Shown: piece by piece, positions 26,799 to 38,740 of the stretch
How positions within the stretch are numbered: the first letter of the stretch is position 1
How the letters are laid out: the number at the start of each line of letters is the position of its first letter
DNA from: Eledone cirrhosa
Taxonomy: Eukaryota
Length of the DNA stretch: 64,000 nucleotides
Assembly (NCBI GenBank): GCA_964016885.1
Contig: OZ024741.1
Span: 295,740,001-295,804,000 of the forward strand
Direction: 5' to 3'
Translations under genes and position numbers: made by a program
The notes under the pieces: model-generated
The model's database searches: none
What the model was told of the DNA's origin: nothing
The model's input: the letters and a program-made list of their open reading frames with translations, nothing else

Positions 26799-27000
26799 TT
26801 GAACACAAGATTTATCAGCAAACTTTGATTATAAACTTTTTCCTGCTGGACCAAATTTCTAGATTTTTAAGCCAAAAGATGCGTAATGATCTACTGTTCA
26901 TGCTCATATAAGTTTTATCTCAGTTAAATAAAGTAGAGCCGCGCTGTACTGTCGTAAACAGACGATTGCCAACGAAAACACGACCACAACAATATTACTA
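26799..27000 (-). promoter_or_regulatory. Candidate CpG-retaining promoter and non-coding first exon
   Basis: Apparently unique CpG-containing sequence ending in a donor-like CAA|GTGAGT (intron starting 26798); lies near the edge of a CpG-depleted domain. Inference only. Confidence 0.3.
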
Positions 27001-27022
27001 AACGGACTACCGTCCGTTTAGG

Positions 27023-27056
<34 letters not shown>

Positions 27057-27276
27057 ATACACTATACAAGCTGTGTAGATGTGTATATAAATTTACGCAT
27101 TTCCGTGTAAACTAGTCGGTTTTTTAACCTTGTTGGATTCTCATCAAAACCCAATTAGGCATACTAATTTACATATTATTTGTACTCATATTGGAAATTA
27201 ACTTTGATATGTATTAAGTTACGCGCTAAGCAGCTGATATATATATATAAGTAGACGATATATATATATATATATA

Positions 27277-27363
<87 letters not shown>

Positions 27364-27869
27364 ACGTGTTTTCTTTTTTAAAAAATTGTTTCTGTTTTTT
27401 TCTCTTCTTACTCTCATATATTTTCTATTTCCTCTTTTATCTTTCAATCTATCTTCTGATGAAGGGCTAACATCGGAAATGTTAATACTCTTTTCATACT
27501 GCATGAAGGGTTAAACTAATATATATGCGTTGTGTTCTTGAAGAAGACACTTTATTTCACAGTAGATCGTATTAGCAGTGGAAAGACCAATGAAAAAATT
27601 GTTTCCTTGGTCCGGTTTGACATGTACTACCCCAACTCGGTGAGCAAATGTAGTCTGGGATCTTGTTGATTGATTTTTTTTTTCTTCTCGCCTACTCGAG
27701 CAAAACATGCTAGATTTTAATTTTTTAGTTTAATCTAAAGGGAAATAACTATGCTGTACTGGTTATAGAGAGTTATTTCTCTTTGAACGTGAAAATGAAG
27801 TCTCTATTGTGAATTAAGTTAAATGTCCGTGTCGACTTGGTAAGCGAGAAAAAGTATCTACTAACTACT

Positions 27870-28110
27870 AAATTCATCCACTTCTTTGATGTTCTTCAGT
27901 TCTTCACCAGATAGTTCAGTATCTTCCTCAACTCTCTTTAATGTCTTGAGAGGTCTTCCACGCTTGCGTTTCACATTAGTAGGCTCCTATAGTAAACATT
28001 TTGTAACAAGTTTGTCGCTTCACATGACATGACCTGCAAGTTGAAGACGCTTGACACCGATGGTATGGTTAATGGGCAGGAGGTTGCCGTAGAGAAAAGT
28101 ATCTAATACC
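27870..28110 (-). mobile_element. Degraded RTE thumb fragment (family of 36576-37254)
   Basis: Minus strand RLQLAGHVM...LL*EPTNVKRKRGRP. Confidence 0.6.
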
Positions 28111-28116
28111 ATTTAT

Positions 28117-28955
28117 ATGAGGTGGGGTGGCTGTTGCAGCGGGTGTCGCTGGTCATTGTCCGTGGAAATGCCTTTGCAGTTTTGTCCGCGGGAGGTAGAC
28201 GAAACACCACCCCAGCCTAGGCACAGAGTCTGTCACCCTCTCCCCGTCCCTATCTCTTTCTCCTGTTGCTTCGTAGTCCTTGCTCTTTCCCTCCTTTTCT
28301 TCACATTTATGGCATTTATAGTCCTTTCCTTTACTTTCCTATACAGCTTGACTACTCTTCTTTACCTTGTCCCCCTTGTTTTTTTATTACTTAATTTTGT
28401 TTTTTTATCTTTTTTTTTATATTTCCATCATTCTATAACTTTTGTTTGTAAAACATAGTTGACATAATAAAACCATAGCTACACAAAATCCATAAAAATG
28501 CAAAAAACGTAAGAGAAGAAAGTTAGGAAACAAATGCAAAGGAGAGACAGCGATAGGGAAAAGACTGAAACAATCGTGGATACAAAAGGGAAAAAAGAAT
28601 AGGGAAATATAGAAAAAATATATATAAAAAAAAAAGAGGAAAGAAAGAAGAGAAAGATCGGGAACGGAAGGGGGTGGCAAGAGCTCTGGCGTCGCAGAAG
28701 AGATGGTGGGGTTAATGGTGGATGTGATTGGGCTTTGGGTATAGGGCAAGAGGGCAGAAATGCTGCGCCCCACTGACAAGACGGTAAAAGCATTCCTCCG
28801 GACGATGGCTAGTGACACCCGCTGTAACAGCCACCCAACCTCGCGGGACTCCCTCCTCAGACGGGCCGCCGACGCTCCGATCTTGTGGAGCAGCTCGGCA
28901 GTATGGGGTCCAAGTACGCCTGAGGTCTCGACGGCGACCGTGGATGTGATCTAAA
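28117..28955. mobile_element. Two convergent CRE-like (REL) non-LTR retrotransposon 3' ends
   Basis: + EVGWLLQRVSLVIVRGNAFAVLS (28119-28190); - AVETSGVLGPHTAELLHKIG...REVGWLLQRVSLAIVRRNAFTVLS (28940-28770); both followed by pyrimidine-rich 3' UTRs. Confidence 0.75.
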
Positions 28956-29087
28956 ATGTATGTATGGTTGCGCCCTCCCAGATGTAGGAACGCTACTCAA
29001 TTGTGGGTCTTACCTGAATGTTACAGAGGGTCAGAAATTGTTGGGGGTTGAAGTATTTTCTGCTACTGAAGAGCCGATTAGAAAGGA

Positions 29088-29750
29088 AGTGGATTGGCAG
29101 TAATCGGTAGAACGTTGGACACCATGCTTTGCGGCATATAGTAACGGTCCTTTACATTCTGAGGTCAAATCCTGTCGAGATTAGCTTTGCCTTTCGCCCT
29201 TACGGGGTTCGTTAAAGTAAAGTACTAGTAACAAACTGGGGTCGATTTAACCCCCCCCCCCCCCCCACACACACACACACACAGACACACCAAATCGTTG
29301 GCCAAATCGTTGGTTGCGTAAATCAAAAAGTATTATATAATAAGGGGCGGTGGATTGGCAGTATCGGTAGAGCGTCGGACGAGTTACGGCCCTTTCCATT
29401 CTGAGTTCAAATCCCGCCGAGGTTAACTTTGCCTTCATCCTTACGGGGACGATAAAATAAAGTACCAGTAATGCACTGGGTAATTACTGGCCTTGTGCCA
29501 AAAGTAGAAATAATTATATAGTAAAGGAATTTTGGTGGATTGGCAGTATCGATAGAGGGTTGGACGCCATGCTTTGCAGCGTGGAGTTATGCCCCTTTAA
29601 GGTCTGAGTTCAAATCCCGCCAAGGTTAACTTTACCTTTCATCCTTACAGGGTCGATAAAATAAAGTACCAGTACCGTACTGGGGTCGATTTAATCGACT
29701 TTCCCCTCCCGAAAATTATTGGCCTTGTGCCTATACTAGAAATCATTATA
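29088..29750 (+). mobile_element. Three head-to-tail Meta-core (OR1-like) SINEs (about 29088-29250, 29344-29516, 29534-29748)
   Basis: Each has a GTGGATTGGCAGTA head, a B-box (GAG(T/G)TCAAATCC) and the Meta core. Confidence 0.85.
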
Positions 29751-30329
29751 TAGTAAGGGAGTTATTGACACTCAGATTGTGTGTGGCAGCTGGTTATTGG
29801 GAGATCCGATCACTAGCTATCTTCAAGCTATCGAAAAATTACTCAAATAGGAAAAAAAAACTGTGTTGAGTTGTTTAAGATGTACTCCCAAAATAGCTAT
29901 TTTTCATGAAGTAGGGCTAAGCCCTACTCACTTGTTGATAGAAGAATCTAGGAAACGTAAATTGCTAACTGATCAGTTTCTTCCGGAAAAAAACAACCTG
30001 CTATTTGGCTGCCCCTATGGGTAAAACAATAAAAATCCTTTAAAATAACAATTTACAAAATTAAAAGAGGATAAAAAAAAGACCATAATAACACTTCACA
30101 CAATATATTGTAAAAGATCTACCAACTATAAATAACATCTTTGTGTGTGTAAAGGTTACGAAAAGATTCAACAACAGAACCTCCTGGCTGCTTTACAGCT
30201 TCCCTTGCTTTACATAGTTTTTCCTTATCTTTTTATCTTTTGATTTGTGCTTATTCTTCCTCCCGTTGGTTTTCCCTGTTTTAAATGTTCTCATTTTATT
30301 TTTATTGTTATATTCACTTATTTCTGTAT

Positions 30330-30430
30330 CTGAGATCAACTTTGCCTTTCATCCATTCGAGGTCGATAAAAAGTACCAATCAAGTACTAGGGTCAATTCT
30401 TCCGCTGTATATCTTTCTCACTTTCATTCT

Positions 30431-30472
<42 letters not shown>

Positions 30473-30605
30473 ATCCCTCTCTGGAATAAATCTGCTATAT
30501 TCAGACCTGTAGAAGATTGGTTTCCGCCAGGTTTTAAAATGCCCCTAGGTACGCTGTATGTCAATACAGTGTCCCTACGACTCCCTCGGGAGTTATGGGA
30601 CCATA
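30330..30605 (+). mobile_element. Meta-core SINE variant with alternative tail and internal (CT)n
   Basis: GCCTTTCATCCATTCGAGGTCGATAAAAAGTACC plus the tail shared with 40143-40460. Confidence 0.7.
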
Positions 30606-30739
30606 CATATGTACATTCATCTCTGTCTATCTGACATTTTGTTACTCAACTACAAGAACAACTAGATACTTCCCTCGGCTCTGTCATAGCTTACTAGCTC
30701 TGTAAGAACGTTTAAATTGATTAAAGAAATAAAGAAATA

Positions 30740-30885
30740 ATTGTTTCTGCTTTTGGCACAAGGCCAGCAATCACGCAGTGCATTACTGGTATTTTATTTT
30801 ATCGACCTCGTAAGCATGAAAGGCAAAGTTAACCTCGGCGGAATTTGAACTCAGAACGCAAATGGCCATAACTCTATGCTGCAAA
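30740..30885 (-). mobile_element. Meta-core SINE lacking the head
   Basis: Core and tail as in 23241-23424. Confidence 0.8.
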
Positions 30886-30899
30886 ACAATGCGCAATGA

Positions 30900-31275
30900 A
30901 ACTGCTTTAACAAATGGGGCACATTCAGACAATGGAATAGGACATGGAGCTACTTTGACAGTTCAAAATAATAATATCAATAAGACCTTCAGATTACATC
31001 AGAATTTGACAATATTTGTTGCAGAGTGGTGGGGAATTATATTATCAATAAACTCAACTAAAGAAATGCCATGTGTAAAAGACGTTTATCAAACCTACAA
31101 CTATTTAAATCAAGAAAAAGTTGTTGGGTTAGAGATATTGAGAATGACCGGCTAAAAATAGATAATTAGCTACCAGAAAATAATATAGAAATAACGATTA
31201 GGATACCAGGCCATAGAGATATTAGGCGAAAGAGAAAAGCAGATGATTTAGCAAGGGAGGCAGCACAAAGTAAAA
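30900..31275 (+). pseudogene. RNase H domain remnant of an RNase-H-bearing LINE (I/Nimb/Ingi-type)
   Basis: TNGAHSDNGIGHG...KTFRL..NLTIFVAEWWGI (cf. TDGS..G.G..FRL...VF.AEL.AI) and downstream IPGHRDIRRKRKADDLAREAA (cf. W.PGH.GI.GNE.AD.LAK). Confidence 0.65.
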
Positions 31276-31539
31276 TAACTGATATAGATCTCATTCCAAA
31301 TCTATCACAAGTCAAATCATTCAGCAAAAACATAATTGGTCATAGGTGGGGAAAATTGGAGGAATATACTAGAAATAAGCCATTAAATTTCAATCCCCAT
31401 CGTCTCAGATCTGTCAATGTTTAAAATGTATTAGCCGCTGAATAAAGTTAATAAAAAAGACTATGTTAGCTTCTAATGGCACGCGACTTAGGAGTTAAAC
31501 AATTAGATTTGCAATCGTGAGGCTGTGAATTCGATTCAT

Positions 31540-32075
31540 TGAAAACTTTATCTGGAGCAGGTTGGTACATGGCGACAGTCTTCTTCAGACTGATTGTCAG
31601 TCCCAAAACACTGCACGCATTGGGAAAAGAATTCATAAGGTGTTGCATGTCACTCTGGGAGTGTGCAAAGAAATCACAATCATCTGCATATAAAAATTCT
31701 CTGATCAAGGTACTCAGTACCTTAGTGTTGGCAGTGAGATGCCTGATGTTAAACAGCTTGCCGGAAGTTCGATATCTGAGATAGATACGGTGTTGACAAT
31801 CCTTGAAGGCCATGAAGAACACCATTGTGAAATACAAGGCAAACAAAGTCGCGGTACAGGTATATCACCTTGCTTGACACCATTTTCAACCGAGGTTGGC
31901 TCAGACAGTTTACCTCCAGCATTCACCCATGCCTGCATGTCATCGTGGAAGAGTTTCAGAATGTTCACAAACTTTTCAGGACAGCCCAATCTCTTCAAAA
32001 TAACCCACAAAGCCTTCCGATTAACGGTGTCAAATGCCTTGGTCAGATCGACAAAAACTTGGTATACGTCCATGC
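31540..32075 (-). mobile_element. Internal RT fragment of a BovB-like RTE LINE
   Basis: FVDLTKAFDTVNR, NGVKQG, YRTSGKLFNIRHL, FLYADDC, GLTISLKKT; one frameshift. Confidence 0.85.
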
Positions 32076-33025
32076 GCTACTCAATGCATATGCATACATA
32101 CATACATACAGACATGCATACATACATACATACATACATACATACATACATACATACATACATACATACATACATACATACATACATACATACATACATA
32201 GATAGAAGGACACAGGCGCACGTACGTGAGTCTCTTTAATGTTTATTGGTTCGTCAGAAGGAAGCGGAAGGGCCGTGTCTATAGCTTTCCCAGTCTCTTC
32301 CTGTACTCCACTGAAAATATACAGGGGTTGATAAGGTCAACAACAGATGGCCCCCATTTAACCACCTTCCTACCACTACCATCACCTAATGTTCTACAGA
32401 TGTACACTCTATATACACAACTGGTGAGTGTATGTTACATTAACACAAGCAGAGATGACAGATGTTTTTGGTGGGATGTGGAGGGGAAAGGGTAGTATTT
32501 TCTCCCCTTCCTCCTCTTAGTTCCACCACCCTCAACTCCATATTTTGGAGAAAAAAAACTGGTGAACTGCAGCACAGATGGTGTTTGGTTTGGTGTTGTT
32601 GTTAATAGTGGTGGTGGTGATGATGGTGGTGGTGATGGTAATGGTGGTGGTGGTGGTGGTGGTGGTGATGGTGCAGGCAAGAGGTGTAACTAGGAATGGT
32701 GATGGTGTATGGTTGTGGTGAAGGAAATAGGGATGGTGGTGGTGGTAGTGGTGGTAGTTTGGTAGTGGTGTTGGTGGTAGTTGTGGTGGTGGTGGTGGTG
32801 GTGGTAGAAGATAGTGATTATAATGATGGTGGGTAGGTGGAGTGATTGCACTAGGTGCATGTGTGGTTGGTGATCGACTATGTTAGAGTGCGTTTTGGTT
32901 TGTGTATTGAAGTGTGTGTGTGTGAGTGTATGTGCATGTTTGTGAGCGTGTGTGCATTATGTGTGTATGTGTACGTGCATGTTTGTGTGTACAATAGTTA
33001 AAATAACTGTTTCTATTTTTAAAAT

Positions 33026-33241
33026 GGTTTCTTATATAGGCACAAGGCTAGCAATTTTGAGGGAGGGGAAAGTCGATTAAATCGACCCAGTACGTTACTG
33101 GTACTTTACTTTATCGACCCCGTAAGGATGAAAGGCAAAGTTAACCTCGGCGGGATTTGAACTCAGATCGTAAAGGGCCGAAACTCTATGCTGCAAAGCA
33201 TGGCGTCCGACCCTCTACCGATACTGCCAATCCACTGCCCT
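33026..33241 (-). mobile_element. Full-length Meta-core (OR1-like) SINE
   Basis: Intact head, B-box, core and TACTGGGTCGATTTAATCGACTTTCCCCTCCC tail. Confidence 0.9.
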
Positions 33242-33324
33242 CAACAATAGTTAGAATAACATCCTTCATGTCGGTTTAGTGGGAAATAGGCAAACCATGA
33301 ATATTTTACTCCCTCTGTCGTATT

Positions 33325-33570
33325 CGGCTCACGATCGTAAGGTCATCAGATTGACTCCCAGTTGAGCACTTGTGTTCTTGAGCAAGATAATTTATTTCAC
33401 GCTGCTCCAGTCCACTAAGTTTGCCAAAAAATGTTGTGCATGTAATTCAAAGAGCCAACCTTGTCACATTCTGTGTCACGCTGAATCTCCCTGAGAACTA
33501 CGTTAAGTAGGCTGTTCCGTTGATCGTATCGACTGGAACACTCAACGTCGTAACCGACGGAGGTCCAGCA
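33325..33570 (+). mobile_element. CORE-type SINE with a different tail, followed by (TAG)n
   Basis: TGTGTTCTTGAGCAAG..ATTTCACGCTGCTCCAGTCCACT core, then AATTCAAAGAGCCAACCTTGTCAC tail. Confidence 0.7.
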
Positions 33571-33592
33571 CACTAGTAGTAGTAGTAGTAGC

Positions 33593-33649
<57 letters not shown>

Positions 33650-33919
33650 TGCTCTAGTAGTAGTAGTAGTAGTAGTGGTAGTAGTACTAGTAGTTGTTGT
33701 TTTTATGTCTCTCAACTCTGTTGTCGATGCTGTATGTTTGCTGCTGCGGTTGTTGTTGTTATTGCTGTTGGTGTTGTAGTTGCTGTGGCTGTTGTAGTAG
33801 TAGTTGTTGCTGTTGTAATCATGATAGGTATTGTTCCTGTTGGCTTGTTGGCTGGGTTGTATATTTAACCACATTTAGTTTTTCTAAGTTTTGACACTGC
33901 TAAACCATTGAGATTTAGG

Positions 33920-34276
33920 CAGGGCTGGATTAACCACTAAGCCAAATAAGCATTTGCTTAGGGCAGGGTTTCCTAAAATTTTTCAAACGTGGAGCCCTTT
34001 CTTGATTCAGAAAACTTTTGGGGCAACCCCAAAGTCTAATACTGTTATATGGTCGTAATATAAATATACTCTTCTACCTTTTTTCACTGAACCCGAGAAA
34101 CTCCTTTACGGAACCCACTTTGGGAACCACTGGCTTAGGGTATCAAGGGAAGAGTGGCACAATTTCAAAAAAGTTGCTTTGCAGGCTTTATATATATATA
34201 GGGGGAGGGAGGGGGGGGGGGGGGGGGGGGGCAGGATAATATTTTAAATGCGAAAAAAAAACTTGATACGGCCCTG
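33920..34276. mobile_element. hAT-like MITE containing a nested hAT-like MITE (33964-34132)
   Basis: Outer CAGGGCTGGATTAA...TTGATACGGCCCTG with TSD GATTTAGG/GATTTAAG; inner CAGGGTTTCCTAAA...TTTGGGAACCACTG with perfect 8-bp TSD GCTTAGGG. Confidence 0.85.
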
Positions 34277-34575
34277 GATTTAAGGGTCAGACCACATGAT
34301 CTGGATTGGAACACCCTTCTTGGTTTCGTTTATTTACCAAAAGACAACAAATGATAAGCCATTACAAGATACAATTACAAAAAAGTATATAGGTTTACAT
34401 AGAATTAATGATAAAATCAGCGTGTATAATGTAAGAATATATAGTGTAGCGTATGAGGGGGGGGGGGGGGTAGTATGTATGTATTGTACTGTATATGTAT
34501 GTATGTATATGCGTGTACGTGTGTATACATATATATATGAATGTGTGTGTGTATGTGTGTGTGTCTCTGTCTCTC

Positions 34576-34639
<64 letters not shown>

Positions 34640-34686
34640 AGTTCAGATGCATCACTGATTTTTCGTTTTCTATTCTATATATATAT

Positions 34687-34767
<81 letters not shown>

Positions 34768-34890
34768 CATTGGTATTTAAACGATAGTTATAGCTCTGGT
34801 TTATCCAAACTATTGAGCCCTTTGCCATGCATTTCGAAGACTGTGTTTCGTTATTTCGTGGGCCGAGATTCCGATTCTCGATAATTTATT

Positions 34891-34932
<42 letters not shown>

Positions 34933-34935
<3 letters not shown>

Positions 34936-35078
34936 TGGCTGCCAACTCGTTTTCGAGTATGGCCACTACTTTATATCCATGTAGGAGAACCCCTACCGAG
35001 GCACTGAACAAGTGTGACTTTTTAGTCCAGCCAGCGACTTGAAAACTCTGGTACAAACACTACACCTGTGACAATTAT
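34933..35078 (-). mobile_element. LINE 3' end encoding a C2H2-like finger (RTE/RTEX type)
   Basis: HRCSVCTRVFKSLAGLKSH followed by a short UTR; embedded in microsatellites. Confidence 0.6.
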
Positions 35079-35260
35079 TGACACATACATACATACATAC
35101 ATACATACATACATGCATACATACATACATACATACATACATACACACACACATATATAATATATCTGCGTATATTGCAAGAATGTATTTGTGGGCGGGA
35201 TGTAGTATAAGTGTGTATTGTACTGTATGTGTATGTATGCCTATGCATATATATATATGG

Positions 35261-35308
<48 letters not shown>

Positions 35309-35351
35309 CAGTATATATATATATATATATATATACATACACCAGGATTTT

Positions 35352-35412
35352 TTTCATTCTGATGACTGAAAGCAAATATTGTTTGCTTTCAAGAAACCAC
35401 TGGTAAATGAAA
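35352..35412 (+). ncRNA. Type I hammerhead ribozyme in a Penelope-like tail embedded in (TA)n
   Basis: TTTCATT-CTGATGA-C-TGAAAGCAAA-tattg-TTTGCTTTCA-A-GAAA-CCACTGG-TA-AATGAAA: 7-bp stem I, 10-bp stem II, GUA cleavage triplet. Confidence 0.8.
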
Positions 35413-35521
35413 TAATTATCTTATGTTGTTTATTACATAACTAATAAGCTCTGTAACCTACATAGAGCACTCTTTTTTCCTGGATCTTTCCGACGGAATT
35501 ACTTCATTCATACATATATAT

Positions 35522-35560
<39 letters not shown>

Positions 35561-35865
35561 GGAACAAGTAGGACCCCGACCGCTGAGCTAAAATTTAGTC
35601 CAGAATTAGCCGTCGAAACGGCTTGAGCTCAGCCGTCGGAGTCCTACTTGTTCCTATTACCCACTCTACTACCCTAAGTATTGAGTACTTTGGTGCGTTA
35701 TGGTCCATCTGGTTCCTTACCATAGACTCATATATATATATGTGTGTGTGTGTGTATACATATATATATATACATACATATACATACATATATATATATA
35801 TATGGGAACGAGTAGGACCCCGACGGCTGAGCTCAAGCCGTTTCGACGGCTAATTCTGGACTCAG
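35561..35865. repeat. Unclassified (TA)n-embedded hairpin-ended element, subfamily B (pieces 35561-35727 and 35804-35862)
   Basis: Near-identical to 37294-37533; arms 35561-35589 and 35626-35654; internal AGCCGT-TTCG-ACGGCT hairpin. Confidence 0.75.
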
Positions 35866-35893
35866 AATGTATATGTATGTATGTATATATATG

Positions 35894-35974
<81 letters not shown>

Positions 35975-36033
35975 GTATATATATATATATGAGTGTGCAT
36001 GTATGAAAGTATTGCGTTATGTATGTGTCTATG

Positions 36034-36219
36034 TGGGTTGGCGGTATCGGTAGAGGGTCGGGCGCCATGCTTTGAAGCATAGAGTTACCTCCCTTTATGA
36101 TCTGAGTTCAAATCCCGCCGAGGTGAACTTTGCCTTTCATCCTTCCAGGGTCGATAAAATAAAGTACCAGTTATACACTGGAATAATTGCTGGCCTTGTG
36201 CCAAAAGTATAAACAGTTA
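36034..36219 (+). mobile_element. Meta-core (OR1-like) SINE
   Basis: Head, B-box GAGTTCAAATCCC, core and tail intact. Confidence 0.88.
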
Positions 36220-36415
36220 TGTATGTGTCTATGTATGTATATGATGTATTGCAGTGTGTTTGGGGTGTATTGTCAGTGAAAGGAAGCAAGGGTAAAATAA
36301 AACCGAAGAGCACAGGAACTGTTATAAGGTATTGAATATGTATAAAATAAGATTGTTATAGAGATAGACTTGAAACCTCTCCACCATCTGTAACACAACA
36401 CAATACTGCACTGTG

Positions 36416-36507
<92 letters not shown>

Positions 36508-36575
36508 GTGTGTGTGTGTGTATATATGTATATACATATATATGTGTGTATATATATATATATATGTATGTATAT

Positions 36576-37254
36576 TTCAGGTCTCTACGAAGGTCCGACT
36601 TCCACACCGATCTCCAGCTGTGACACGCCGCCCAGGCCTTGCTCTTCCTCTCAACCACATCATCCTCCGTATTCCCAATCTTTGCTCCCAAATACAGGAA
36701 GTCCTCAACCAATTCCAGCGGCTTCCCGCCTACATTAGTGATCCCCTCTGGCTTCTCAACATTCTCTACCAGATATTTTGTTTTAGTCTCATTCATTCTC
36801 AGCCCCACACTTCATTGCTGTAGTGGAGTCTGTGCTGCTGTATGGGTCTGAGACTTGGACACTGACCAAGAGACTCACTCAGATGGTGGATGGGTGCTAC
36901 ACGAGAATGCTGAGGATGGCTCTGAACATTAATCAGTATACACTGAGGATGAAAAACTCAGAGCTGTATGGGAGCATCCCAAAAGTCAGCTCAAAAGTGA
37001 CACAGAGGAGACTGAGGTTGGCTGGACATGCTCACCGACATCCAGAGTTGACATTGCACTCAGTGCTCCTTTGGGAGCCCCTACATGAACACACTAGAAG
37101 AGGAAGACCAAGGTTAACATATGTTGATGCCCTAAAGACAGACACTGGTCTGTTGGAGATGCAGGATATGGCAGCGATAATGAGGGACAGAGACCGCTGG
37201 AGAGAACTCGTCCATGGATCTCGGGAATTTTACCCGCCTTAGATAGATAGATAG
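36576..37254 (+). mobile_element. RTE-clade LINE with inverted 5' segment (36576-36820 on -) and (AGAT)n tail
   Basis: - strand GLRMNETKTK...VEDFLYLG...WKSDLRRDLK; + strand VESVLLYGSETWTL...RRLRLAGH...GRPRLTY...DRDRWR; candidate TSD ATGTATGTATAT at 36564-36575 and 37255-37266. Confidence 0.85.
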
Positions 37255-37293
37255 ATGTATGTATATATATATATATAAAAAACGAAGGAAATG

Positions 37294-37529
37294 TGGTAAG
37301 GAACCAGGTGGACCATAACGCACCAAAGTACTCAATACTTAGGGTAGTAGAGTGGGTAATAGGAACGAGTAGGACCCCGACGGCTGCGCTCAAGCCGTTT
37401 CGACGGCTAATTCTGGACTAAATGAAAATTTTTATCCTGGGCTATTCATATACCAGGATTAAAATTTTCATTTAGTCCAGAATTAACCGTCGAAACGGCT
37501 TGAGCTCAGCCGTCGGGGTCCTACTCGTT

Positions 37530-37533
<4 letters not shown>
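37294..37533. repeat. Hairpin-ended element, subfamily B, with about 80-bp inverted arms
   Basis: 37358-37440 pairs with 37453-37533 (few mismatches), ending in (TA)n. Confidence 0.8.
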
Positions 37534-37590
<57 letters not shown>

Positions 37591-37598
37591 TTATACAC

Positions 37599-37661
<63 letters not shown>

Positions 37662-37681
37662 CATATATACATACGTATATA

Positions 37682-37773
<92 letters not shown>

Positions 37774-37876
37774 TGTGTGTATGTATGTATACACACACAC
37801 ACATACACACGGATATGTGAGTAGTATACATATAGATTTATTTGAGTGCATATATATATGTATACTTACAGACATG

Positions 37877-37926
<50 letters not shown>

Positions 37927-38054
37927 CATACACATTTATATATAGGTATATATACATACACACAGGCATTCATACAACTCAATTATGGTAAATTGATTCA
38001 TATGTACATATGTATGTAGCACGTTTGCCGCTCACATGTCACTGTGTGTGTCAA

Positions 38055-38165
<111 letters not shown>

Positions 38166-38339
38166 CTATACACACAAACATATATACATTTGCATGTGTA
38201 TACATTGCGAAGAAAAAGAAAACTAAACGAGGTAGGTAATTGATAAAAGAAAAAATGTACAAAACAAGATATATATATGTATATATACATATATGTGTGT
38301 TTATATATGTGTGTATATATATGTGTGTGTTTATATATG

Positions 38340-38380
<41 letters not shown>

Positions 38381-38740
38381 CGCCAATATAGAAAATACTG
38401 AAGACGGAACATGTGATATCACTCGTTTCCGGTTGACAGCCTCTAAAAATATATTTGACTTCCTGTTTGTTAAGAAACGCTCGCCACGCGCTCGTAAAAT
38501 TTCGCCTTCTTCCACAACATTTATCATGAGACCTCCCCTATCTATCTTCCCCATTCCACTTCTTAGATTTCCGAACACCACTCCATTCATTCCCACTCCT
38601 ACACATACCCCCCCCCCCTCTCTCTCTCTCAGACTCTCTCAGACTCTCATTTTTAAGCAAATATCTACCCACCCTTCCAGACACCCAACATACATATATT
38701 CACATACAAACACACACACACATACACACACATATATATA

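Noticed and set aside
27452-27487. Additional hammerhead-like motifs (also about 25945-25985 and 41855-41915)
   Set aside because: Core or stem I too degenerate to call; possibly decayed PLE tails.
29344-29420. tRNA gene (A-box and B-box present)
   Set aside because: It is the head of a multi-copy SINE, continuing into Meta core and tail; no clean cloverleaf.
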